From Trichoplax adhaerens (taxonomy: Eukaryota; Animalia; Placozoa), in contig NW_002060946.1 of the NCBI RefSeq assembly GCF_000150275.1, forward strand, positions 1,574,202-1,638,201: 64,000 bases of DNA, in the 5' to 3' direction. This document shows positions 36,336-49,200 of this stretch, one piece after another. How positions within the stretch are numbered: the first letter of the stretch is position 1; each line of letters starts with the position of its first letter. A program made the translations under genes and the position numbers. The notes below the pieces were generated by a model. The model worked only from the letters and a program-made list of their open reading frames with translations, made no database searches and was not told where the DNA came from.

Positions 36336-39300
36336 AATGCTAATGGTACAGTCCTATACTGCAAGTAATTTAGGCTAGGCAGGAGAGTGATTCAATTCGT
36401 AAAACTTTGAGTAGTGTCACATGGTACGAGCTAGCTAATTTCAATATTGAATGATTTGAATCTAAAGTACGGAGAATAGGCGTGAAATCATTGGAAAAAT
36501 CAATGATAAATTTCCAATCTTTGCAAATGATCGCGATACGTTATCGTATCGATTTTTACTATAGATCGCTTCAGAACTTGCCAATTTTCGATCCTACTAT
36601 CAGTTCAATTCAATCATTTTGTCTATAAGATATTATCTAACGTAGTAAAATACTACAGCTGAGTCGGCAATCGCTAATCATATATCCAAGTCATTGTAAA
36701 AGTTGCATAAATCGGCAAGATATCGACGATTTTAAAACGAAAAACGACCGAACGTATGAAAATGGATTATCGATCATGCCTAATAATACTGGTATACTGT
36801 AGAAGCTTCAGAAAAAAAAAGCAGCAGCTTGCCTACTACAGTAGCATAGTAAGTTGTAGAGAACCGTAGTATCATCGGCCACAGATGGAGAAAAGATCCA
36901 ATGTAGTTGAACGTTTTATATCCTATCTCGTAGTGCGCGTATTGATATCGAAATGGTCAATTCTACTTTCAAACTCTCCTTCTAAAATGACATGAACTCA
37001 CGACACTATTCTATGGATGAGAAAGGAAGCGAGAATGAACCAATCCAAGTAATAGGACAATTTCATTAGCATACGTATTTTAAAAATTAAAAAGAGATGT
37101 ATAGTATTCACCTCCAAGACACGCTATCAAATTAAACCTGGAGCTATTTGAAAAGCCTAAAAGTTAACGATGTTTTGGACAATGTTCGAAAAGTAAACTT
37201 TCGCGACGACAATTGAAATAATAATACGTAAGATCATCAACGTATTGTAAACTAATCATAATGCGGGTGTTAAAGGAAATAGTAGCATGGAAGAAAGAGA
37301 GGCTTTGATGTCTTTTGTAACTCTTTGGCTTTGAATAATCTGCTCTAATTTGGACACAATGCAAAACGTAATCGTTAATTAGCCGTTTGCTTAATATATT
37401 AACCAAAAACAATGGCTAAAAAGCATCATTCCTGCGTGATTTAGAAAAGTGAAAAAAGCAAACAAACGCAATAGGTACTGATACTTTCGCTCAACTATTC
37501 AAATAGTGTAAGCACCCAATATTAGCTATTTCAATGATGTACTGCAGTAGGAGAAAAGTCTATTCATTTTATTTAAGAAGGATTATTCATCACTCATACA
37601 GTCTTTCATAACCTACAAACTACAGTATGTCTTCGTCTTATCCCAGCATTTAATAAACATAGAAGACCACTATAATTTTTCATGTATTTACGTTATGATC
37701 AAGCACTCCTTCACTTGATGTGTTCGCTGCATGGATGACATTATTACTATTAACTTGCAAAGCATTATTTTAACGTTTATCCCTAGTCAAGTGCATTGCT
37801 GTGAAAAACTTTTACTGAGACATTATTTCAACACGTGTACATTATCATAAATTAACGTAACAGAGATGTATTTACGTACTATAGGAGTATCGATCATCAG
37901 CGATTTCTCGATGAAAATCAATTTTATAAAAAATGAGAAAAAGAAGGAACGGAAACGAACTTACAGTACTGTACAAACAATGTAGAAGCTGATAGTTTTT
38001 GACTGTATTATAAAATTGAATTTTTATCGAAAAATTCCTGATATTAACGTGATTTTAATACTATATTAATAAGAAAAAAGAGAAGCAAGACAACGTAGTG
38101 AGTGTTAAGCAGCTTCTCAAGTCATGCTGGAATTTCTTATCGGTATAAACTTGGATAGTGTGCTAGCTGATCATAAGCGCACATCGTCATCAACTAGCTA
38201 ATACTGGAAAATGATTGTCAAAGTGATTCCGATATGATAACATGACAAGGCCAGAACATGATTCAAGGTGTAATAAAATACTTCTTGATGCATATCACAA
38301 ACATACGACAAGAGATGAAAGAAATTGATATGTGTGCATTTTATCCTTTGCTATTTTTTTTACAGTCGAGTTATTCTATCTTTGTCAACTATAAGTGAAG
38401 AGAAAACTGTTACAGCATTGATCCTTGCTGTTTCATTTCTTACATTGCAAATGCATAGTTGTGCGGATGAAAGTTTCAATGGATTGGATTTTAATTTCAA
38501 ACGTTGTAACAACGAGCAGTAAGTGGATTAGCTGTTCATAAATGTATACAGTAACGAGTTGTTAGTAAGCTAGAAGCATGACATTGTAATTTTTGTGTAT
38601 GCTATCCTTGTGCGTACAAGATTTCTCTACTCTGGACGACTAACTTGAATAAAATATCACCGTTCGAATTCAAATACTAGTTAAAGCATGGCATTGAAGT
38701 GATACAGCGAATTGCTTACTATTATTGTTGGTCACGGCAATTTAATCGGTAGTACACGAGTGTCGCCATCCTCCTTTTACAAGGTACATAAACAAGCTCC
38801 GGTGTCGTCATGTTGATGTGATGTATTTGGTTGCCCAAAAATAATATCGAACTATTGCATTCTCTCGACACCAGATTGGATTTCTATTCATTCTGCTCTA
38901 GCGTAGACAAGATTAATTAAGCAACAATGGCTGTAAGCCATACGTATCACTCTTACTCTTGTAGACATGGCATTCAAGTAGTTTGTCGATGACCGATCAA
39001 GAAAGTCAAAGCATGCTTTTAGCCAAATCATACGATACACCAGGGCAAAAGGAATATATGCAGAAAATAAACTAATACTACACGCATCAATAGACACAAA
39101 TGAATCCAATAAGAAATAAAATTAATGTGTTGCTAACTATTTCAAGATTGTCTTGTCTAGCACTGGCAGCAATGATTGTGGTTCAAAACGCCATGGTTTT
39201 TTCTACCTTGATCTTCTTGGTACTTTTAGTGATCTCCATTTACAAAGACTAAGTAAAGTTCAATTGATAGTTTACACTCCAATTTCCATTAGTTTTCCAT

Positions 39301-39574
39301 TTTGATCACATTGTAGGCATACCGAAGCTAAAATCGATTAACTACTGTAGACATGGTGATCGTACCGCTACCAAGGTAAATATTAGTAGCAATGAGTTCT
39401 AGTGAATTAGTCAATGTTTGAGGAATTTCTCAACATGATCCATGGTTTTGATCGTTGTAATAGAAATATTGACATTTCTGTAAGAACGATAGCGATCAAA
39501 ACCGTTGACAATACAGCAAATTTTTTCAACATCGTATCGGCACTTGTTAGTCCCTATCGCTCTCTTCAAACGAT

Positions 39575-40108
39575 GGTCTAGCTAGGCCGTAGATAACAGT
39601 TAGAGTAGATTAATTTTAATTCAAATTGATTGTACCCATCTCTCCGTTTGCTTTCAAGGTTTCGATCCTATTGCCAGTAGCCCTGATTTAGCAGACAACA
39701 TGATATACCAGTATTGTAAAGTAGAAGGCAGGCATTATTACTGAAGAAGAAGTCAATTTAATCGATACTAGATTTAGGCGTATTCACTAAGATCGCTAGT
39801 CAAGATTGAACGGTTAGATAAAGGTTTCGCGTATCTCTATTTGGTCTAGCTAGGCTGTAGATAACAGTTAGTAGATTAATTTAATTCAAATTGATTGTAC
39901 CCATCTCTCCATTTGCTTTCAAAGTTTCCATCCAATTGCCAGTGCCCCTGATTTAGCAAACAACATGATATACCAGTATTATAAAGTAGAAGGCAGGCAT
40001 TATTACTGAAGAAGAAGTCAATCTGATCGATACTAGATTTAGGCGTATCCACTACGATTGCTAGTCAAGATTGAACGGTTAGATGAAGGTCTCGCGTATC
40101 TCTATTTA
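39575..40108. repeat. ~267-bp tandem duplication
   Basis: ggtctagctaggc.gtagataacagttag...cgcgtatctctattt starts at ~39576 and again at ~39843. Confidence 0.92.
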
Positions 40109-41499
40109 GGCTGGAAGATGGCCTAGCAGTTGTCCATTTTGTTCACATGGCGAGTATACTTTACCCTAGTACTATTCGATAGACAGCTCGATTGTGTAAA
40201 GCTACAAAGGCAAGCAGGAGTAGAAATGGGTCAAGACGATCAATCTCCAACCTAATACGGCTGGTCCACAGATCATAGTTGGATTCATTTAAAATCCAAT
40301 TGAGTTGATGCTCATCTCTGTTTGCTTAAGCCTTAAGTTTTCACTAGTTTTTTTCCAGTTGGTTCATCTTGTAAGCACATGCTGTCCCATTCAATTGTAG
40401 GATAGCATAAAGTAGAAAGGCAGACATTAGTAGCAATGAGTGATAGCAAAATAGTCAATACGTGTACGTCAATAGTGTCTGCATAGACGATACTCCTTTA
40501 AATGGGTAAAATGTTCAATTACAAACGTAGAAAATAGTCCAAGAATTATCGCTTTAATAGCCCCTCCATTAATGTAGAAGATTGGTAGCATCGACTTGAC
40601 TATTCGATAGCATGGAATACTAAAAAAGAAGGATGATTTGCTAGTTTGGATTTAAACTATGTATGGATTATTGCAGTCTATCAGGGGATGAAGGTGCAAT
40701 ATGGACCAAAGTAAACGATACTCTTTCTCAGACAGTAAAATGCATGTATTACCTCGATTTTCAGCTACAACCAAGATACAGGCATGGATACCTTGACAGT
40801 TGAACAAGAACTACCAATCTACAAGTAGAAAGAAGCGTTGGGTGCTTGAATGATGAAGAAGTTGGAAAATACCAGCATAAGATTAACAGCCTGGAATCCA
40901 CTGCAAGCGCTGCCTAATGTCGCCTCATTCAGCCTTTCCCCTCTATGGTAAAGAGCGATTGCACCCTGGTGTATTAACTGATAGTCAAGTCTAAGTACTA
41001 CCACCCAGACGACAGTACTAGCGTAGGCTAATCGCGATATACAAAGTACAATATAGCAACGTATGTCCACATTGGACACTATACAGCAATGGACTTCCTT
41101 CGCTGGCATGCTCGCTTTCAATGAATATTGGCTTTCTGATCGTAGGGTTGCGTCGATTACCTTTCTTCTTTTCCATAGGATTAGTAGAGCATAGGATAAT
41201 GAATTTGTAGCTTGCAAATCATGCTATACAGTAGTATAGAGAAGAGCCTCGATAGTTAGACTGGCTTATTATTTTCGCCCTTGGAGTTTTGCTAGTTGCA
41301 ATCCTTACTGGTGCTACCATCGATCAACTTTAGCGTATTTTTGAAGATAGTGTTGAAGATCGTTTACAAGTAAAGCAACGTACTTCAACTGAAATTTCTG
41401 ATCGTCTACTAGCGAGTGATGCTGCTAGGGTAGGCTACACTGATTCCTCTTCTTTGGACGGCAACATCCACGTCGATCTATGCAAAGGTGGACGTCGAT

Positions 41500-42220
41500 T
41501 TATCGCATTGGAAGATCGTCAGCTTGGATGTTTTAAAAGTAGCAGCATTGGTGCTAAAAACTGAAATTTAGAGTAGCCACCAACTAGTGATTCAACTGTA
41601 CTTTAGATAGCGATCGATATCGAATCCATATCGATGCTTGTAGATCACATTGGAAGATCGTTTGCTTGGATGTACTAAGTGTAGCAGCATTGGTGCTAAA
41701 AGCTGAAATTTTACAGCAGCCACCGACTAAGTGATTCAACCGCACTTTAGATAGCGATCGATATCTATACTTGTAGATCGCATTGGAAGATCGTTTGCTT
41801 GGATGTACTAATTGAAGCAGCATCGGTGCTAAAAGCTGAAATTTCACAGCAGCGAACTAGTGATTTAATTGTACTTTAGATATCGATTGATATCTAATCC
41901 ATATCGATACTGGTAGATCGTATTGGAAGATCGTTTGCTTGGATGCACTAAGTCAAGCAACATTGGTGCTAAAAGCTGAAATTTCACAGTAGCTAACTAG
42001 TGATTTAACTGTACTTTAGATACCGATCGATATCGAATCCATATCTATACTTGTAGATCGCATTGGAAGATCGTTTGCTTGGATGTACTAAGTCAAGCAA
42101 CATTGGTACTAAAAACTGAAATTTTAGAGCAGCCACCGACTAGTGATTCAACTGCACTTTAGATAGCGATCGATATCGAATCCATATCTATAATTGTAGA
42201 TCGCATTGGAAGATCGTTTG
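41500..42220. repeat. ~140-bp tandem repeat, ~5 copies, immediately upstream of the TLP gene
   Basis: attggaagatcgt recurs at ~41506, 41649, 41781, 41921, 42061 and 42204. Units contain cattggtgctaaaagctgaaattt and gatagcgatcgatatcgaatccatatc. Confidence 0.93.
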
Positions 42221-42477
42221 ATAGTACAGTAGATACAATTATATTTAATGCAATTCGCGTATATAATCAATCGTTACAATTGAAGCATTCACAATTACGT
42301 GTATTGCTGCTGGAAGTGAAATTTCAGACTTTACACCGGCTAGGTAGGGATTTAGCTGGTGTAGGCTGTAGGATAAACGTATCCTGTACTTTGGATAGTA
42401 ACATCAACATCCATGGCCTTGCTGTATGTACCGTACTTTGATTTTGAATCTAGGATTAAAATAGCGACAGAACAACG

Positions 42478-44095
42478 ATGCATCGAATGATAAGTCGAAG
42501 TTATCGAAAATGGCCTCTGAAAGAAATCGGAAATCGTATGAAAGATTATGAACGACAGATGGAATGGCAAGTACAGGCCAACCAATATTACATCATTCGT
42601 TTAGATGGTCATGCTTTTACTAAATATTGCCAAGGCTTAACTAAACCGTTTGATCATCGCATCTATCTGGCGTTGTTGCATACAGCTGCCGACCTCCTAA
42701 ACAAATTTGGCTCGAGATCGGCATTCTGCTTCAGGTATCTCACTCTGTATTATAGCAAAGCTTCCATCTGCAGTTTGCACTCTATTTTGTAATGAATAGC
42801 AATTACCTAGCAGAAAAAGCAAGGAGTAGATATCAAACGCACATTGTGTACTGCCTTGCATAACTAATCCAGATGCACTATCTGTCTTTGATTACATACA
42901 AGGCTAGCCTTACATAAGTTGAATTAATAAACGATGATGTCACTCATCATAATCATCAAACTACCGTACCATTAACTCGATAGCTTGAACAAATAGTAGT
43001 AAAATAACAACAACTTAGACTTACCTATGTACTAGAACAACAGATGCAATTATTATCCAACACCTACAAATATCATCCACAATGAACAGTTTAAATTGAT
43101 GACAAATGACTAGCATCGAAATTGTCGACTAGTTGACAGCTTTGCTTATGCTCTTTAAATCTAAAATATGAATGAATACCACTGTAATTTTTATTTTCAT
43201 TTTCTATAGTGATGAAATTTCCTTGGTGTTTGCACCGACTGAACCATCCCAACGCTCCGATAGAGAAGGAGGCGAAGAAGGAATTATACACTATCAAGGT
43301 CGTACGATGAAATTGTGCTCTTTAACTGCTGGTATGGCCTCTTCCCGTTTTAACTATTATATGAATATGCAGCAATTCAATGACACGATGGGTGCCCTGA
43401 CATTAGCTAGGATTCAAAGTCACCCAGCAATCTTTGATTCGCGCCTGTTTTGCTTACCAAATGCTGATGAAGTTGTCAAAAACATTTATTGGAGAGCTCA
43501 TGATTGCTTAAGAAATTCTAAAATCTGTTAGTCTATAAATATATTAATCATATGAATATATTCTTGTTAGTCTATTGAATTATTAAATTATTAGTCGGCT
43601 ACAATTAGATCAGCAGAATTGATATTCGGTATATATGTATACGAGTACATAATCTTTATTAATAAGAAAAACGACATTTGTAGCTTCGGTAGAAATGTGC
43701 TATGGGTAACTTAAATTTGATTATTAATCAAAACTAATAGTTTAATTATTGAATATTTTTAAGCATTTGCTCAACATCATGTATCAAGACAGTCATTACA
43801 CCGTGTCAAAGCATCTGAGGCTATTAAATTAGTCAAAGACAAGAAAGGCATCAACTACTCGCTTGATACTCCGGATTGGTTTCGGTATGGCACTTTAATC
43901 AAGAAAATTTTGGTTGATCATGAAGGTATAAACGGAAAAACTGGAGAACCTGTCAAAGTAAAACGCTCGAGAATAGCATACGGTAGCATTAACTTTACGT
44001 CAAATCTCGCTAGTAATATAGAAGAGATATTACTAGCTAAGCATGCACCTACCGAGACCAAATTACAATTGCTAAAGCCGACATTAAGTCCGTGA
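42478..44095 (+). CDS. Thg1-like protein (TLP; tRNA-His guanylyltransferase / 3'-5' RNA polymerase family), exons 42478-42734, 43210-43526, 43764-44095, 301 aa
   Basis: Motifs IGNRMKDYE, IIRLDGHAF, KPFD, FSDEISLVF (across intron 1), FDSRLFCLP, YWRAHDCLRNSKISFAQ (across intron 2) and KGINY...PDWFRYGT. GT-AG introns give a 906-nt open frame. Confidence 0.92.
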
Positions 44096-47000
44096 TACTA
44101 CAGAATATATTGATTAAATAATTGTTGCACCCTGAAAATCGTACGTCGTTTGCTTTGATCCAGTTGTAGGCTTTATTGCTACATTTTAACCTACAGTACA
44201 TACGTCGTTTTTTCAATACGATGACATTCGTGTCATCAATATTAGCTATTACTTACTGACCTGGCCTACTTCAATCATGGCCCATTGCACAGCTAAATGG
44301 TGGAAATTTCAACATAAAATCTCATAAAATCTGTAAAAAACTGCTGTAAATAATCACAATGACTAATCATTATTTTTGTAAAGACACAATGATTATCCCA
44401 TGTATAGGTATTTACTGATGCAATTGTATTCGTAAATCCTCAATTAAATGCATACTTTTAAATAAATCGTTAAGCTTGTAAGGTAAGCGTCACGCCGACC
44501 CCTTATGCTGGAATGAACTTGCTCGTGTCATACTTAAGAGGGATATTCATGCACTACTAGACATAAACAGTTTGTTATTCTACGCAATAAACGTCATATC
44601 GTATTTCTATGTTCCCTACCATTCAAATCATTCGTGCTACTAAAGCGATTTACTACGTGGGTACATTAAATAGCTCACGATGTTAAATGCGATCTGTTTA
44701 ATCCATCTTTCGCACGAGAAGTAGTAAATAATAATGCTTGGCAAATTATGATTCATGAGAACAGTAAAGAAATTGAAAAGGCGATACTTATATGCGGCAG
44801 CGGAAATATCTTTTTCAAACTTTGATCAATCATTTCCGTGTTAAATCATAGTAAGTGCATTAATAATGATAACTACAAGTTACGTAAGAAGTGAAAAGCA
44901 TTTATGTTAGAAATATACGATATTGTGACAATGATCACCAGTACACGGATACTATTTTAACATATACAGTTCTCTAAATATCTGAATTCTATCATCAAAG
45001 GTTGCATATGATCAGACTCCTCTTAAAGAACTATTTCGCCAGCAATATTGCCGCAGTGTAAACACAACTATCCACCCTACCATTACTGTTTCTATCTCTT
45101 CACATCTATCTACCCATTACGTCTATCAACTAGGGTACAATTATCGAATTCATAACACAATCAATCATTGAGAAATTTAAAGGATAGGTGAACTCAATAT
45201 AATAGTATTCCATCAACGTATATCATAAATAGACTACATTGATATAGATCCTAAGCACACTGTTCTACACAGTATACAGTACAGTAATTCTATGCACAAC
45301 ATTGGAATAAATCTAGTAATCAGGATAGATACGCTTATACACGTGATCTCATTTCTAGAAGGGGTTTTAATGGCCGAAATTGCAACTTGCAATATGGTTC
45401 CATTGAAAAACTCGTATGTTCAATTAAATCGACGATTAATCATAGTGTTCTGTATAAAGTATTACAGGTTAGATATAAAATCCCAATCTAACTAAAAATT
45501 GACTATTTGCGCATACTTTATGTCATAATTTATTCTATTGGCGACAACGATACCAACTAAATTAGCAATTCACACGCCATCGATAATTCCAATGTTACCT
45601 GCTGTAACACTTCTCTTCACCAGTAGCATCGTTAGCTTAGATATTTACTAAGAATTGGTAATTCAATCAATCACTTCATGATTTCCAATATCGTGGATCC
45701 ATGTGATGTAGCTGAAATCTCGAATTGTACTGAAGTCTAGAGATGAAGGCTGGCTTTTCATTGTCATTCACATACTTGTACACTATATCGATTACTGTTT
45801 TATAAAAGACTAGTTACTCTTTCAAAATTCACATTTAAATCAAAACCTCTTATTATTACCTTTCATGGATTTCGATTCCAAACCTCTATTTGGAGAGACA
45901 CCGCCAAAAGTAAGTTTTAAGCATTATAATTTGCCAAATAATATAGCTAAACCCTAATTATTTTACGTCTTATAACTTGGGCGTCGACTTAAGATCACCC
46001 GATTCGTTAATCAAATGCATGGACCGGTCATTGAATAAAATCAGATGAATAGAAATTATCATGCCATTGCATGTTAGAAATGATATTCATCTAATATTTT
46101 TGATGAGCTTTCTATAAATATAAATCTATTACGTGATTATGGTTATAATAGATTGTAAGGAGAAAGAGATATAATGCATCTATAATCCAATTCTACCGAT
46201 TTTAATTCTACTTTTTGTAATAGACGAGCTCGATATATCTTTTGATTGACTTGATTCTCTCTATTATTTTCTATAGTATAAAGCTGTTCATTATGGAACA
46301 TCTCTCTTTACAACAGCTGCTGTATTGGTAGGAGAAATTATAGCTACTGCAGCACTTTTGAATGCATAACACGTATATAGAAACAACTATCATAAATAGT
46401 GCTAACACATAAGTACAAAATCAGCCTGAATTCATGCTATAATTAGTTACATAAGAAATAATTTTCCTCTCTAGTTTACTATGGTGTGCGTCTTTGCGAT
46501 AAATTGGCCGCCTAAAGGTATCAATATCGTCTTTTTAGCAGCTATTGTTTTCCAGAGTATATCCCAAATAGTTATGGTGAGTCTGTTATGTAATGATAGC
46601 TACCAGTACTATTTGTTAGATTATTTACTTCATGAGTAAATTCTATCCAATCTATCATTTACTCTAATAAGGATGAAGTACTTTTTTTTGAAACGAAACT
46701 TTACAAAAGTCATGATTGCGTTTGCTTTAGGGTTATTCTTAACCAAACATTATACCCTATACGAAGAAATAACATTCTAAAATTTGTTTAGATTTTGGCC
46801 TAGGGGCTATATTACCGCACTACTATGCAGTCATTACTAAAATAATTTTGGTAGTAATTCTGTCTTTATGTAGAAAATGTAACAGTCAAAAATTTCCCGA
46901 TACTATAATAGCTAAAATTCTACAGATTATATTTATTTATTGTATGCAGCTGATGGATTTTTATCGTACATATAGATAATGGATTGTGACAATTCTTCCG

Positions 47001-48788
47001 AATATCATTTACTATTTCTAACTTGAGCAATATGACAATTCTTTAATTATACTGTATGGATTATATCTCTATAATTAGTAAGAAGTATTCTTTCTTACAT
47101 ACGTCCTATTAAAGCTAATAACGATTTTCAATCTATACTGCAGTGAGATTCTGTATACTATATACTGTATTGTCTCGTTTTGCATATAGTTAATGATTGC
47201 AAAGGTTCCAATTTAGATGCAATAATTCTTAATCATATTATTTTCGTCGCTAACTATTCGTAATCTTTAGATTCGTTGGTATCGTGAGGGTGACGTCGAT
47301 CCGAAATTTTTAAAACTTATCTACTATAACACATTTGTACTGTTACTGTTTTGCTTCTCATGTAACTTGTACGCCTTTAATGTGAAATTTTAAATTAAAT
47401 GTAGAACCCGATTTGCTATAAAAGATCTATATATTATTAGATGAAACGCTATAATAATTAATTCACCTAGAAAAAATGAATATGAAACAAAGTTACTACT
47501 GTTTCAGAATTAATTTTCACTTGTTTTAATATCTACAGTAATGTGTAAAAACTGGTTTGCTTACAGATCATATTTATCAACATATTCCGTACTAATTCAT
47601 GATAATATTGAGTAATCTATGACCATTTCCACACTCGTTTTAATATCTGATGTGTAAAAAGCTGGTCTACCGAAAAATTATCAATATATCTCATGCTACT
47701 TCATGGTAATAATTACTAGTCATGAGTATCGTTTATTTTTAGATTCAGTTTACTTTATAATGTAAATGCAATAATGATAATAGTATTGCCTTGTTATCAT
47801 AATGAATTTGGACTTGTAAGCATACTCGTATAAAGATCGCATAATCTTCAAAACTATCTTGAATTTTACAAATTTAATAGCTAGAACTTAACCCATTTAA
47901 ATTCTAGAATATATCAGAATGCAAAGTCATGGATAATTTGGATGTTTATGCTCAAACTTTGTTTATATATATCAATAGGATGTCATACTCTAGCTTCTAC
48001 ATTTTGTTTGCAATAAGCCCCATTTAATAGAGCATATTTGGGTAGCTGACATTGTATAATTAATTTTTAGAAAGATCGAAATTGTCTTTAATGTAACCCT
48101 GATGATTTAACTACAATCAGTTGATACAAACATAATTATTGCTGCGATAGATAAAAGTTTCATAGTATAAAATATTACACTATTTATTCGCTATAAAATT
48201 GATGAAAGCCCGCTTTCGCCAAAGTTGTCATTACATTTGTTACAAAGATAGACAAAATTTATCTTAAATAAAACTTGACCATATTAAATTATACATAACT
48301 GCGAAAATAAAATGACATCCAAGCGTATTACAGAATTTGTTTTGCTAAAGTCTTTTGGTCTATATTCAACACAGCAACAATAAGCATATAATTATTAAAG
48401 CTAAAATAATATACAGTATCACCATAAGGATGATTAAAAATTTGGGTTCTGCTAATAAGACCGTTATCAGACATGTAATTATGATATATTTACAATATAC
48501 ATGGTATAGTCTTTACTTGCCCTCATGTCTCATGTCTCCCTATACTTACCCTCATGCCTTCATGTATTCAAAATTACAGAAATAATTTAAAAAAAACTCA
48601 AAGTATCCTTCAGGCAAGTCACAAGATATAATAACTACAAATATTTCCTATTCTGACATTAGAGACCAACGTACATACACTAGTTAAATAAATAAAATTG
48701 TATTGTATACGGTCATAAGCATGGTATCTGTCACATTTGTTAAATCACCTTTATTATGATAGCTAACTTTATCTTCTTTGGTTATAAA

Positions 48789-49200
48789 TCAAGCTTGATT
48801 GTATTGGCTTTCTAATGTATGGTCATCAGTGGTACAGTTTAAAAATTTCGTATCAATATTTTCAGAATTGCTATTTATCTCTTCTGCTGAATCAGTAGCA
48901 ATGACTACATGATGATCTACAGCTGTTGCTGTTAACGAAGGACTTTTATTCTCAGCATTACGTGAACATTCAGAGCCAGAAATTTTACTCAACTGAGAGC
49001 TTAAATTTGTTGATATCTCATCTAAGTGATCGGTACGTAAACTATCAATATGATGTTGGATTAATGTACGCGTATTCGTATGACTAGGAGCAAAATCTAT
49101 TGCAGCATTTAAATTCTTGATAGCATGCCTATTACTGGTATTTTCTTCTTGATAAAGACAAGATTCAAAGTCCTCTATTCTGATATTTGTATCTTTTCGC
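48789..49200 (-). other. Candidate alternative terminal coding exon (possibly of FoxP)
   Basis: 412-nt stop-free frame beginning at an AG acceptor in phase 2 (RKDTNIRIEDFESCLYQEENT...ESQYNQA*). Confidence 0.45.

Noticed and set aside
39655-39675. tRNA T-loop-like motif (ggtttcgatcc)
   Set aside because: No cloverleaf or A-box; the motif is altered in the second repeat copy.
40819-41217. 132-aa minus-strand ORF
   Set aside because: Non-ATG start, no recognisable motif, no splice partners.
41500-42220. CRISPR-like array
   Set aside because: Whole ~140-bp units repeat with no unique spacers, no cas genes are present, and the context is eukaryotic.
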